Shown: piece by piece, positions 14,600 to 24,985 of the stretch
Numbering within the stretch: the stretch's first letter is position 1
Layout: every line of letters starts with the position of its first letter
Source: a virus
Reading direction: 5' to 3' (one strand)
IMG/VR virus record: IMGVR_UViG_3300045988_091239
Location: 1 to 44,103 of that record
Length of the DNA stretch: 44,103 nucleotides
Program-made: the position numbers and the translations under genes
Notes under the pieces: generated by a model
Database searches by the model: none
Told to the model about the DNA's origin: nothing
Seen by the model: only the letters and a program-made list of their open reading frames with translations

Positions 14600-16144
14600 A
14601 TGGATAAGAACAAGCTAATAAACGCACTTCGTAATAATCCCGAATTATTCGTAATGGCCGCGGCACGCAAAAGGCTGCTTAACTTTGCGCGCTATATATG
14701 GCCAGATATGTCAATAGTTGAATTTCATAGAAACTATTACCGCGTGTTGGACCTGTTCGCGCATGGTAAGATTAAGAAGTTAATAATACAAGCACCTCCA
14801 CAGCATGGCAAGTCGCAAGGTAGTAGCCGCTTTTTGCCCTCATTCATATTTGGCCTAAACCCGAACAAGTTAGTTTGCATTGGCTCTTATTCTGCTACAA
14901 TGGCGCAAGACTTTAACCGCGATGTTCAAAAAATAATGGATAACGAGCGATATGCAAGATTATTCCCACAAACATTCTTGTATGGCTCTAATGGTGCAGT
15001 TTCAACGCAGACGTATCTGCGCAATAGCAGTACATTTGAAATTGTAAACCATAAAGGCTCATTGCGTGTAGTCGGCCGTGGTGGCGCGTTGACTGGTAAG
15101 ACGGTCGATGTAATGATACTCGATGACGTGTACAAGGACTACGCAGAGGGCAATAGCCCAATAGTTCGCGATGCCGCGTGGAAGTGGTACACAACCGTTG
15201 TACGCACTCGCTTACACAATGACAGCCAGCAGTTAATTGTTTTCACACGATGGAATAAGGACGATATTATCGGCCGACTAGAAAAGAGTAAGGAGAAGAT
15301 TATAGACGTTAAGAATTGGGCGGACTTAGATAACATACCAAGCGGCGCGTGGGTAAGAATAAACTACGAGGCTATTAAAACTGGTGAGCCGTCAGAGATA
15401 GACCAACGTGCAGAAGATACGGCCTTATGGCCAGCGCGCCACAGCCTTGCGGCACTGAAAGAGCAAAGAGCGTTAGACCCAGTACAATTCCAATGCCTAC
15501 ACCAAGGTAACCCCAGCAGCGCGGAGGGGCTTTTGTACCAGCCTTTCAAAACATGGGTCAACAAGTCAGATTATGGCACATACATACGTAGCGGAAATTA
15601 TACTGATGTGGCAGACGAGGGCAGTGATTTGTTATTTTCTGTTTGTTATGATATTTATCTTTCGCCCAACAAGGCATACAACGAACACACGGGCAATTTT
15701 GAACCGATATTGTTTGCGCTAATAACGGATATGGTGGCCACGGATGAGCCGACAGACGTTACAACGGTGACTATCCCCGAAATGTTAAACAGAAATGGCA
15801 CGCAAAAGGCGTGGATAGAAAGTAACAATGGAGGTTCGCAGTTTGAAAAAGTTGTAAGAACAAAAGTAAAGGCTATAACCGTACCCTTTCACCAAAGCAA
15901 CAACAAGGAAAGCCGTATCATAACAAGTTCGGCAATGGTTAACCAAAGTATAGTAATGCCATTTGGCTGGGAAACTCGCTATCCGACAATACACGAGGGG
16001 TTAACGGGTTTCTTACGCAATTTCAAAGCGAACAAACACGATGATATTGCGGACGGCCTTACGGGAGTTTACGAGAAAGAAATAGCCACAAAGAATGTAC
16101 AGCCGTATAACAGGCAAACGCGCGGCGTGGTGCGGAGGAACTAG
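14600..16144 (+). CDS. terL: terminase large subunit
   Basis: ATG at 14600. Walker A-like IIQAPPQHGKSQ, Walker B VDVMILDDV, C-terminal nuclease-like region (HDDIADGL). Confidence 0.85.
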   Translation: MDKNKLINALRNNPELFVMAAARKRLLNFARYIWPDMSIVEFHRNYYRVLDLFAHGKIKKLIIQAPPQHGKSQGSSRFLPSFIFGLNPNKLVCIGSYSATMAQDFNRDVQKIMDNERYARLFPQTFLYGSNGAVSTQTYLRNSSTFEIVNHKGSLRVVGRGGALTGKTVDVMILDDVYKDYAEGNSPIVRDAAWKWYTTVVRTRLHNDSQQLIVFTRWNKDDIIGRLEKSKEKIIDVKNWADLDNIPSGAWVRINYEAIKTGEPSEIDQRAEDTALWPARHSLAALKEQRALDPVQFQCLHQGNPSSAEGLLYQPFKTWVNKSDYGTYIRSGNYTDVADEGSDLLFSVCYDIYLSPNKAYNEHTGNFEPILFALITDMVATDEPTDVTTVTIPEMLNRNGTQKAWIESNNGGSQFEKVVRTKVKAITVPFHQSNNKESRIITSSAMVNQSIVMPFGWETRYPTIHEGLTGFLRNFKANKHDDIADGLTGVYEKEIATKNVQPYNRQTRGVVRRN

Positions 16145-16181
16145 CCACGGGCGCAAGAATGGCAATTTGTTTGGCATTTCC

Positions 16182-16212
16182 TTTCATGTGTGAGAAAAAA
16201 AACGTATATTTG
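16182..16212 (+). promoter_or_regulatory. probable promoter (TTTC 16182-16185, 19-nt spacer, TATATTTG 16205-16212)
   Basis: Good -7 element, imperfect -33; lies in the 142-nt gap after terL. Confidence 0.5.
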
Positions 16213-16286
16213 TCGAGTGAAACTCAATGGGTTAGAGTTTTTAAGTTACAAGTTTCATAATTATTAATAATTAAACAAAAACGAAT

Positions 16287-16928
16287 ATGGCACGATTTTG
16301 TCAATGTCCGGGGCTAGCTGCTCTTAAATCAATCCCAAACGCGACTTGTTCGGAGGGTTTCGGGCAAATCCAAAAAGTAATTTTTCAACGCTTGCGCCAA
16401 GATAACGGCAAGCCCAACGCGTTCACAACTGAAAAGCCTATCACCAAGTTAGCCAACTTAACGCCACTTCTTGCAGCCAATGACAGCACGAAAATAGTAG
16501 TTTCCCCTTACCTGCAAGCCCCAAGTGCAGAACCGGGAGCGGCACGCAAGTTCGGCGGTGGCAACGACACTTTGGGCGGCATTGAAATTACCATCGGCCG
16601 AGAGCCTACCACGTTCACATGTGTTATCCGCAATGCCCCTCAATCGCAGATTAAGGCAATGAAGTATTTGAGTTGCGAGACGGATGTTCAAAACCTAGGT
16701 GTATTCCTTGTGAATGAGGACGGCGCAATAGGTGCGATTAAGGATGCCAAAGGCGTGGTTACGCCAATCCCAATTTTTAACTTGTTCATAAGTGACAAGG
16801 GATTTGGCGGTTTTGAGAACCCCGACAGCAACAACGTGAGTTGGAGTTTCCTCCCCAATTGGAGCGATGATTTCGTGATTATCGCACCCGAAGACTACAA
16901 TCCGCTTACCGACTTAAAGAACGCGTAA
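16287..16928 (+). CDS. hypothetical virion-module protein (possibly structural)
   Basis: 213-aa ORF between terL and the portal candidate with its own promoter; Gly-rich beta-type composition. Confidence 0.45.
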   Translation: MARFCQCPGLAALKSIPNATCSEGFGQIQKVIFQRLRQDNGKPNAFTTEKPITKLANLTPLLAANDSTKIVVSPYLQAPSAEPGAARKFGGGNDTLGGIEITIGREPTTFTCVIRNAPQSQIKAMKYLSCETDVQNLGVFLVNEDGAIGAIKDAKGVVTPIPIFNLFISDKGFGGFENPDSNNVSWSFLPNWSDDFVIIAPEDYNPLTDLKNA

Positions 16929-16930
16929 GT

Positions 16931-17134
16931 ATGGGATGCAAGGTTACGTTAATAGAGTTGTTCAATGACGATTTAGGCGTAACGCGAGAGTTTGAAGTAA
17001 CGCACGCCGCTCGCCTGTTGGCAATGCCCAACAATGGCGGGTGGCGTTTGCCCGAAAAAAGTAACTACACATTCAACGGCCATGATATTGAGTTTAGACG
17101 AGATAAGGCAGATAATCGAGCAGCCCAAGAATAG
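16931..17134 (+). CDS. hypothetical protein
   Basis: 67-aa ORF; overlaps the portal candidate start. Confidence 0.4.
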   Translation: MGCKVTLIELFNDDLGVTREFEVTHAARLLAMPNNGGWRLPEKSNYTFNGHDIEFRRDKADNRAAQE

Positions 17135-18815
17135 GGACGCTATTGACAAGGCGCGCGCACAGCAGGAGCGGATAAAATTCCACACTTGCACGAATGTCAC
17201 GCCTAACCTTAATAGGCCGCTTTCTGACTTTTTGGGCATGGTAGGCAATTTGTTGCCGAAAGACAAGTTCAGACAATTCAAACTCATGTTCCGTTTCCCA
17301 GTCAGAACAAACAGGACGGCAGGAACTATTTTTGACAAGTTAAGCCGCGTTTTTGATGGGCGAAACCCCGCATTTAACTACCAATTCACCGACACAAGTC
17401 TTCGAGAAGATTGGGAGAAGTACCGCACAGAGGTACTGAATGAGCCGAAAATTTGGGCAACGCGTGGATGGGATTATTTCAAAACCGAAATAAACTCTAT
17501 TCTTGTAGTCGATATGCCGCATGAGCCTAACAAGTCGGACGAGTTCGAGCAGCCTTATTTTTATTGGCTGACCATCGACAACGTAATAAGCTATGTCGCC
17601 CAACCATGTGGGCAAATGGAGTTTATTGCGTTCAAACAGCCCAACGACAGAATAGCGGTTATAGACGATGCTTATTATCGCGTGTATTCATACAAGGATG
17701 GAGTTTTGTCTACAGGTCCTATCGTTGAGAAGTCGCACGGCCTAGGCTACACGCCAGCAAGGTTTTTTTGGGGCGAGCCGTTGAACATTTCAAACCCCGA
17801 TATTAAGAAAAGCCCCTTATCGCTAGAATTGGAGTCGCTTGAATGGTTTTTGTTTTTCCATCTATCCAAACGAAACTTAGACTTGTATGGCGCATATCCG
17901 ATTTATAGCGGCTATGAAATGGAATGCGACTACCACAATGACGAGAGCGGCGAGCGTTGTGATGGTGGTTTTTTGAAAGACAAGAAAGACAACTATCTGT
18001 ACGATGCTAATGGCCTATTGATGCGTTGCCCGAAGTGTGGCGATAAGCGGATAGCGGGTGTTGGCTCATTCATTGAGATACCAATACCGCACACGAGCGC
18101 GAGCGGCGAGGAACAACCCGACTTGCGCAATCCTGTTCAGATGCTCACCGTTGACCGCAGTTCGCTCGACTACAACACAGAGGAAAGCGTAAGGTTAGAA
18201 ACTGATATTGTTAAGGCATGTGTAGGCACGGACACCGAGGGACTTGTTAACACACAAGCTATCAACGAAAAGCAAGTTAACGCCAACTTTGAAAGTCAAA
18301 CAACCATTCTGAACAATATTAAGAAAGGCTTTGAGGATGCGCAAAAATGGGTTGACACGACAATTTGCTTACTTCGTTACAAAAAGGGCTTTTTGGGCGC
18401 AACGATAAGTTACGGCACAGAGTTCTACAATTTGAGCGCAAACGACTTGCGAAAGCAATACAAGGATGCAAAGGACAGCGGCGCGAGCGATGCCGAACTA
18501 GATGCCTTACAAACTCAAATCTTGGAAACGGAGTACCGCAATAATCCAGCGGAGTTAAAGCGAATGCTAATCTTACGAGAATTAGAGCCATATCCACACT
18601 TGACACTTTCAGAAGTGGCAGAATATCATGGTAAGGGCATTATTTCCAATGAAGATTTGGCAGTTAAGTTGAATTTCTCTAACTTTGTTAGAAAATTTGA
18701 ACGAGAGAACGCCAACATATTAGATTTTGGCAGTGAAATAGACTTTTACAAGAAGATAGATATTATTAAACAAACATTTAACGATTATGGAAGAGAACAG
18801 ACAAAGCCCGCTTGA
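17082..18815 (+). CDS. portal protein candidate
   Basis: 577 aa from the ATG at 17082. Size and position downstream of terL fit a portal; no motif verified. Confidence 0.5.
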   Translation: MILSLDEIRQIIEQPKNRDAIDKARAQQERIKFHTCTNVTPNLNRPLSDFLGMVGNLLPKDKFRQFKLMFRFPVRTNRTAGTIFDKLSRVFDGRNPAFNYQFTDTSLREDWEKYRTEVLNEPKIWATRGWDYFKTEINSILVVDMPHEPNKSDEFEQPYFYWLTIDNVISYVAQPCGQMEFIAFKQPNDRIAVIDDAYYRVYSYKDGVLSTGPIVEKSHGLGYTPARFFWGEPLNISNPDIKKSPLSLELESLEWFLFFHLSKRNLDLYGAYPIYSGYEMECDYHNDESGERCDGGFLKDKKDNYLYDANGLLMRCPKCGDKRIAGVGSFIEIPIPHTSASGEEQPDLRNPVQMLTVDRSSLDYNTEESVRLETDIVKACVGTDTEGLVNTQAINEKQVNANFESQTTILNNIKKGFEDAQKWVDTTICLLRYKKGFLGATISYGTEFYNLSANDLRKQYKDAKDSGASDAELDALQTQILETEYRNNPAELKRMLILRELEPYPHLTLSEVAEYHGKGIISNEDLAVKLNFSNFVRKFERENANILDFGSEIDFYKKIDIIKQTFNDYGREQTKPA

Positions 18816-19221
18816 CCAGATAGCGGAAAATTACAAAATAGAAGAGGGTACAGAACATCTGTACCATGTCGCGCTTTGGATGGAGGAATACGACCCGAAA
18901 ACAGGTAAGCCAGTCCACACGCCAACAACCGATGTGTTTGGTGTTCAAACTTTCGAGAGAAACGTAAGCAACTTTAAGAAGTTGGGCTACACGCTGAAAG
19001 TATTGCACGACCCACGCGAGTTCTTGAAGAACCAAGCCGAGCAGGCGGCCGCGCGCGCTGAACAAGAAGAGCAAGACAAGATTAAAAAAGCATTGCAAGA
19101 GCAGCGTGAGGAGTTCGAGAAAACGCGCCAAGCGAATATTGAACAGGCTGTTGCCAAGGCACTAGCCGAGCGCGACAAGCAGGCAGAGCAGGCCGAAAAG
19201 CCCAAAAAGCAAGACAAGTAA
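18787..19221 (+). CDS. hypothetical protein with E/K/Q/A-rich coiled-coil C-terminus
   Basis: 144-aa ORF in the head module. Confidence 0.45.
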   Translation: MEENRQSPLDQIAENYKIEEGTEHLYHVALWMEEYDPKTGKPVHTPTTDVFGVQTFERNVSNFKKLGYTLKVLHDPREFLKNQAEQAAARAEQEEQDKIKKALQEQREEFEKTRQANIEQAVAKALAERDKQAEQAEKPKKQDK

Positions 19222-19232
19222 GAAGTTCACAA

Positions 19233-19256
19233 ATTAAATAACAAAGGGTAAGTTAT
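19233..19256 (+). promoter_or_regulatory. conserved 24-nt box ATTAAATAACAAAGGGTAAGTTAT upstream of the scaffold-like gene
   Basis: 21/24 identical to 13693-13716. Confidence 0.45.
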
Positions 19257-19259
19257 ATT

Positions 19260-20201
19260 ATGGCATTAACGCAAGAAACGATTAAAGCTAACACCGAGTT
19301 AGCAGGCTTGACAGACCAGCAAATTAGCGCGTTGGTTCAAATGAGCCAAAACGATGAGAACGATGTTATCGGCCGCCGAATTGGTGAAGTGTACCGAGGT
19401 ATGGACGAAACTATTGCAGGCGCAACGGGTATAGCGCGCAATGGCGATGAGAAAACTTACAACTACCTCAAGCGCGCAACTTTGGAACTGAAAGCGAAAG
19501 CAGACGGAGCAGCAGCGCACCAAACCGAAATTGAAAAACTCAAAGCAGAGAAGACACGCTTAGAGGAGATTGTCGCAAAGGGTGGCGACAACAAGGAGGT
19601 TACGGCACAGCTGGAACGAGCAAAGGCAGATTTGGCCAACGTTCAGAAAGAGTTTGCCGAGTTGAAGAAAACGAACGAAAGGCAAAAAGGCGATTTTGAA
19701 AAGCAGCTGCTTAACAATCGAATTGAGAATGAACTGCGCAACGCAACCGCCAATTTGAAGTTTAAAGCCGAATTGCCCGAAAACGTTACAAAAATGATTA
19801 TTGCCCAAACTCTCGAAAAGGTTAAAGGGTTCAAACCTCAATTCGAGGACGATGGCAAGGGCGGCAAAGTCCTTACATTCCACAATGAAGACGGCAGTGT
19901 GATGCGCAATGCGGCTACCAACTTAATGCCTTATTCGGCCGCTGAACTGATAACGCGTGAATTGAACGAAATGAAAGTTTTGGACACGCAAACACAAGGC
20001 GGTAGCGGCACTAAGCCGACAGGACAAGGCGGTGGCGCAACGATTAGCGTTTCGGGCGCAAAGACCCGTTCGGAGTTCATCGACCTAGCAGCACAGACAC
20101 TAGCAGCGCAGGGCATTGTACGTGGGTCAAAAGACTATTACGTACAGATGGACAAGATTTGCGGAGAAAGCGAGGAATACCAAGCTTTACCAGTTATTTA
20201 G
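19260..20201 (+). CDS. scaffolding protein candidate
   Basis: 313 aa, long coiled-coil region, immediately upstream of the capsid candidate. Confidence 0.45.
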   Translation: MALTQETIKANTELAGLTDQQISALVQMSQNDENDVIGRRIGEVYRGMDETIAGATGIARNGDEKTYNYLKRATLELKAKADGAAAHQTEIEKLKAEKTRLEEIVAKGGDNKEVTAQLERAKADLANVQKEFAELKKTNERQKGDFEKQLLNNRIENELRNATANLKFKAELPENVTKMIIAQTLEKVKGFKPQFEDDGKGGKVLTFHNEDGSVMRNAATNLMPYSAAELITRELNEMKVLDTQTQGGSGTKPTGQGGGATISVSGAKTRSEFIDLAAQTLAAQGIVRGSKDYYVQMDKICGESEEYQALPVI

Positions 20202-20259
20202 TATTATTATTCGGGCAGTGGGTTAGCCTATTTTTCGTAACACATAAAAATTTACAATT

Positions 20260-21372
20260 ATGTCCCTATTAGCAACCGTAGTCCAAGACTTACGACTACA
20301 AGCAACAGAACTAGACCGCAATATGGTTCAGATGGGCGAATATGGCGCGTTTGACTTCTTTATGCAGCAAACGAACTCGCCCACGTCAATCGTTCCCGAA
20401 GACGTGCGCCAAGCCGCATTTAACAGCATGGGAATGGACGTTTCAATACCAGTTATAGACTATAACGGCGGCGTAACGGTTACAAACTCGCGTTCGTGTA
20501 CAATTCCAGACAATGACAATACTTCTAAGTTGTACAAACTCGTTTGGACTACTTTGAGTACAGGTTTCTCGATTGTTCCGTCTGCCTACTCTAACAATAG
20601 CATTGGTTTGCAGCGCGATATGTTACGCAAGTATCAGAATTGCGCGCGCGCTCTGCTTGAGAAGATTGACAGCCTAGCGGTTTCGGCCTTGGAATTGAAC
20701 AAAACGCAAGTGTTCAACAATCCCGCTTATTACGACAAAACGGGCAATGTTATTAACGTGCCTTGGCTCATGCGTGAGAGCATTCTAGGCGATAGCGGCG
20801 CGATGATGCGTGCTAACAAGTACGGCGGACAATTGCACGTTATTGGCAATTCGGGTATTGATATTAATGTTAGGCAGCTAGCGCAGAGCGGTGTTTACAA
20901 CGAGAAGAACAAGCGTTTGGAGTTCACCGACAAAATTCTACACTACACCAACTCAATTGCTAACGAGAGTGGCAAGTTTGGTACTGGTTATGTTGTTGAG
21001 GATGGTAATTGCGCCATTCTTACACGTGTAGACCGCGATGCCGCGCGTAATGCAAAATCAACTGGCCACGAGTGGGGTACGGTGATGTTGCCTTGGTTTG
21101 ACCTTGTTCTAGGTTATCATAAGACAGACACCACAGGCGACCAAAGCGCGACCAATGGAAAAGGCACGGCCGACCTAACTTGTAGCCCCAAGGAATATTA
21201 CGGATTTAGCATTGACGTTTGTTTTGTTGTCGCGTACAACAGCGCACCAACTACAATCGCTAACCCCGTGATGAAATTCCAAATCGAAAGGCCAGTTAGT
21301 GGCGTGCCGTCGGCAAATCCCGTATTCATTACGAATGATGCCACTAATCCAGTTAAGACCAAAGCGGTTTAA
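20260..21372 (+). CDS. major capsid protein candidate
   Basis: 370 aa, follows the scaffold-like gene, and is followed by a strong hairpin, as is common after highly expressed capsid genes. Confidence 0.5.
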   Translation: MSLLATVVQDLRLQATELDRNMVQMGEYGAFDFFMQQTNSPTSIVPEDVRQAAFNSMGMDVSIPVIDYNGGVTVTNSRSCTIPDNDNTSKLYKLVWTTLSTGFSIVPSAYSNNSIGLQRDMLRKYQNCARALLEKIDSLAVSALELNKTQVFNNPAYYDKTGNVINVPWLMRESILGDSGAMMRANKYGGQLHVIGNSGIDINVRQLAQSGVYNEKNKRLEFTDKILHYTNSIANESGKFGTGYVVEDGNCAILTRVDRDAARNAKSTGHEWGTVMLPWFDLVLGYHKTDTTGDQSATNGKGTADLTCSPKEYYGFSIDVCFVVAYNSAPTTIANPVMKFQIERPVSGVPSANPVFITNDATNPVKTKAV

Positions 21373-21400
21373 CTTTGTTGTTTTCATAATGTGTACCAAG

Positions 21401-21424
21401 GGGGTGGGGCTAGACCCTATCCCC
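21401..21424 (+). terminator. terminator-like hairpin after the capsid candidate
   Basis: GGGGTGGGG-ctaga-CCCTATCCCC (9 bp with one bulge). Confidence 0.5.
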
Positions 21425-21441
21425 TCACTTTGCTTTAAAAT

Positions 21442-22794
21442 ATGTATAGACTAGGTTACATCGAAGATAAGTTGTTGAATTTGGTTGGGTGGCGACAAGA
21501 CTACAACCCAGCCAAGGCAATTAACGAGGATTTGACAAAGAGCGAAAGCGGTTTGTTGTTCCAAGATGCGCACCCACTTGTTACGCTTAACAATATCCGT
21601 TCAATCATTCCCGAAGACTTCATATTTCATTATCCCGAATGGAATGAGTTTAGAACTTATCACAGAGGGCAAAAGGTGAGATACAGGGATAGAGTTTACA
21701 TTGCGCTTAAAGAGAGCGTAAACGAAACGCCCGACACACATGTAAGCGATTTCAACGATGATTATTCGCGACAAGATTTCGGCGCAGGCGATAAGCCGTG
21801 GGCAGGATATGACCTATTGAACGAGTATCTACAAGACCTAACGCGCGCAGGTATTCGCAAAATGGTACAGACTTTTATCCAAACAAAAGAGTTGGCCGAG
21901 GAAACGAAGACGTTACTCGACCGCGTTTCTTTTTTTGACGGCGCAGGCCGCATTAACAATGTTATCGAAAACACCAACTCATTTGTAGGCATGGAATTAA
22001 CGCCCGTTCGCAGCATGGGAGTAACGGCCAAGATAGAGCGCATAGGGCTGCAAGTGTCGGGCGCAACTGGTACGATTAGGCTATACTTGTTCCATTCGTC
22101 ACGCGTTGAGCCTATTTCGTTTGTAGATGTGGAGATAACAAAGGCAAATGGCATGTTTGTTTGGGTATCGCCGAAAGACTGGTATCTTCCATATATGAGT
22201 AACAGCACCAATTCGGGCGGCTCGTGGTATATCGGTTACGACCAAAATGCCTTGCCTATTGGCATGGAAAGTATTAACGTGTCGAAAGATTGGAGTAGAG
22301 AGCCGTGCGGTACGTGCAATATGGGTGACGTTAATGTTTGGCGCGAACTAACCAAGTATTTGCAGATTAGTCCATTTCGGAAAGGCGTTGAAAAAGATTG
22401 GAGCAACCGCCCCGAATTATTCGATAACGGCGATATAATTTATCAAAGCACATTCAATTTTGGGCTAAACGTTGAAGTGTCCATATCGTGCGACTTGTCG
22501 GAGTTCATTGTTGAGCAGCGCAGCATTTTTGCAACGGCCTTGCAGCAGCAAGTAGCGGCCATAGCCTTGCGAACAATGGCGTTAAACCCCGAAACAAGGG
22601 TAAATCGAAACCAAGTAAATGCCAGCCGTATGGATTTGCTTTACGAATTAGACGGCAATACCAGTGGCACAAGACCCAACGGCCTAGGGCATGAATTAAA
22701 AAAGACCTATGCGGCCTTACGATTGAACACGCAAGGGATAGACCGCATTTGTTTGAAGTGTAACAATCATGGTGTTAAATATAGGGTGGTATAA
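21442..22794 (+). CDS. hypothetical virion protein
   Basis: 450-aa ORF in the structural module. Confidence 0.45.
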   Translation: MYRLGYIEDKLLNLVGWRQDYNPAKAINEDLTKSESGLLFQDAHPLVTLNNIRSIIPEDFIFHYPEWNEFRTYHRGQKVRYRDRVYIALKESVNETPDTHVSDFNDDYSRQDFGAGDKPWAGYDLLNEYLQDLTRAGIRKMVQTFIQTKELAEETKTLLDRVSFFDGAGRINNVIENTNSFVGMELTPVRSMGVTAKIERIGLQVSGATGTIRLYLFHSSRVEPISFVDVEITKANGMFVWVSPKDWYLPYMSNSTNSGGSWYIGYDQNALPIGMESINVSKDWSREPCGTCNMGDVNVWRELTKYLQISPFRKGVEKDWSNRPELFDNGDIIYQSTFNFGLNVEVSISCDLSEFIVEQRSIFATALQQQVAAIALRTMALNPETRVNRNQVNASRMDLLYELDGNTSGTRPNGLGHELKKTYAALRLNTQGIDRICLKCNNHGVKYRVV

Positions 22795-23243
22795 TGGCTA
22801 TTCGAGAACTCGCAGACAAGTTGCGCGATTTCAATGACAAGCTAACAAATGGTGAATACATTGCGCAAATCATAATTGACAATGAACCGTATATTGTCGA
22901 TATGAATGCGGAAGTACAGCTATACGAGCAGGGCGAGAACGCGCTTGGCATGTCAATTGCAGATTATCAGCCTTACAGGCCGCTTACAATCCGAATTAAG
23001 GAAGAAAAGGGGCAACCAACCAACCGCGTGACACTTCGCGATGAGGGAGAGTTCGAGAGTTCTTTTTTCATTGAGGTGGGAAACGAAAGCTTTACCATCA
23101 AAGCGAGCGATTTCAAAACAGAAGAGTTGGTAAAAAAGTATGGTGAGATAATGGGCTTAAATGCAGAGCATCGCGCGGAGTTGATTTGGGATTACCTTTA
23201 CCCCGAAATTATGGATAAGTTAAAAGAAAAATTAGCGAAATGA
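22794..23243 (+). CDS. hypothetical virion protein (head-tail joining region)
   Basis: 149 aa, start overlaps the previous stop (TAATG). Confidence 0.4.
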   Translation: MAIRELADKLRDFNDKLTNGEYIAQIIIDNEPYIVDMNAEVQLYEQGENALGMSIADYQPYRPLTIRIKEEKGQPTNRVTLRDEGEFESSFFIEVGNESFTIKASDFKTEELVKKYGEIMGLNAEHRAELIWDYLYPEIMDKLKEKLAK

Positions 23244-23857
23244 GGGCAATGACAAACAAAAAGGCAATAACGCCAATAATGGATAACGCCGTTATGCTAG
23301 ATAAGGCAATAGCAGATTTGCAGCTAGGTCTAGCAAGCACAATAGGTTGGCTAGATGCCATATTTGGCCGCGCTCAACGTATCACGCGAGTTGTTAACGG
23401 AAAGACTTACAAAGAGCCATTTGTTTATGCAGGTGGCACGAATTACACCAAGGGCAACTATGATAACGACTATCTAGGCGTTAGCCCCGATGGCAATATA
23501 GGCAATTTCGCTTTTTTCGATGTAACAGAGCCGCACAGAATAGAGCCGTACAACCGAGGTGTACAGAACACAATCAAAACACCATTCGCGTTAATTGTAT
23601 GGGTTGACTTGCGCCACGTGTTCAACAGCACCAAAGACCGCAATACAGAACAATTGAAAGCACAGCTATTGCGCGAATTGAACGGAGGGTTTAAGCACCC
23701 AAATTGTAGCTATGTGCTTAACAAGATATACGAATTATCCGAGAATATATATAAGGGCTATACACTAGAAGAAACAACCAATCAATATCTGATGCACCCT
23801 TATTGGGCGTGCCGAATTGAGGGGGAAATAAAATACAACGAACCTTGTTACAAATAA
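23240..23857 (+). CDS. hypothetical virion protein
   Basis: 205 aa, ATGA overlap with the upstream gene. Confidence 0.4.
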   Translation: MRAMTNKKAITPIMDNAVMLDKAIADLQLGLASTIGWLDAIFGRAQRITRVVNGKTYKEPFVYAGGTNYTKGNYDNDYLGVSPDGNIGNFAFFDVTEPHRIEPYNRGVQNTIKTPFALIVWVDLRHVFNSTKDRNTEQLKAQLLRELNGGFKHPNCSYVLNKIYELSENIYKGYTLEETTNQYLMHPYWACRIEGEIKYNEPCYK

Positions 23858-23869
23858 AATAAAGAAAAT

Positions 23870-24130
23870 ATGGAAGTTAAATTTTTGAATGCAGTTATAT
23901 TAGTGTCCTTTTTGGCCGCTTTTGTGCTTTTGTTTTTGCGCAAAATTGGGATTATCGAGCATGTGCAGGTAAAGGGCAATGAGTTTTTCTCCAAGATGGC
24001 GCATTGTGACTTTTGTTTAAGTTGGTGGATGTGCTGTTTACTCACCTTTATCCTAATAGTGTTATCGCACGATGCAGGCTACACCGCATTGCCGCTTTTC
24101 GCCACACCCCTAACACGTTATCTGCTATGA
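23870..24130 (+). CDS. hypothetical membrane protein (2-3 TM)
   Basis: AVILVSFLAAFVLLFL and WWMCCLLTFILIVL hydrophobic segments. Confidence 0.4.
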   Translation: MEVKFLNAVILVSFLAAFVLLFLRKIGIIEHVQVKGNEFFSKMAHCDFCLSWWMCCLLTFILIVLSHDAGYTALPLFATPLTRYLL

Positions 24131-24897
24131 AACAAATAAAGCTAGGTAAGCATGTAGTGAAGTTGTACGATGATATTTCGGAATTGCCAATAAAGCGATT
24201 TCACAAGTACAATAAACTGCTGTTAGTCGATGCAGGAATAGGCTCGGACCTGTCGGACTTCGATGCACACATAGAGCGCGTTGTGCGGTACATCCAAAGC
24301 GGCAACAAGGATGCAGCGGGGCAAGAATTGTTGAATATGCGACAAAACTTGTATGCGGTACAGGCGGAGTTAAGCCCGAAACACAGCGCATTCGCCTGCC
24401 TTGTGTCAGAAGTAGACGGAGTGCCACGTAATGATATATCCGATGATGCTTTGTGCGAAACGCTAGGGATGCTTAGTAGTGTTAGCATTAGCGAGTTGGC
24501 CGCCCAGTTTGGAGCGGTCAAAAAAAAAATAGAAGATGATTTGCGAGTTTATTTCCCAAATTCATTTGATGATGTTTCGACAAAAGAGTATTACGACCAG
24601 TTAAAGCGGCACACGATGCTAGTTTTGCAGGATATTGCCGAGGGAGGAGAGAACGAGCAGACAAAGCAGCAGATAGAGCAGATTACGAACACGCTAATAA
24701 CGTATGCCAAACCAAAATCGTACGAGGGCAAAGAGAGTGTTGAAATTAAGTACGACAAGCAATTTGAAAACATGTGTCTTGTTTTGAGTAAACATTTACA
24801 TGTAAACCCGAAAGAATTTACCGTGTTAGAGTTTTTCAATTCTTACGAATATATGGAAGATGAAGTTAAGCGACAGAATAAGGCGGCTAAGCATTGA
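24127..24897 (+). CDS. hypothetical protein upstream of the tape measure (possible tail assembly chaperone)
   Basis: ATG at 24127 (ATGA overlap) within the 24013..24897 ORF; assigned by position only. Confidence 0.35.
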   Translation: MKQIKLGKHVVKLYDDISELPIKRFHKYNKLLLVDAGIGSDLSDFDAHIERVVRYIQSGNKDAAGQELLNMRQNLYAVQAELSPKHSAFACLVSEVDGVPRNDISDDALCETLGMLSSVSISELAAQFGAVKKKIEDDLRVYFPNSFDDVSTKEYYDQLKRHTMLVLQDIAEGGENEQTKQQIEQITNTLITYAKPKSYEGKESVEIKYDKQFENMCLVLSKHLHVNPKEFTVLEFFNSYEYMEDEVKRQNKAAKH

Positions 24898-24985
24898 TTT
24901 GCGTTAGCGGCCTTATATGGCGTTAAGTGAGTAGATACGCGACAGGACAAGAACAAAGCCAATAGGCGCAAAAGAACAGCTAAAT

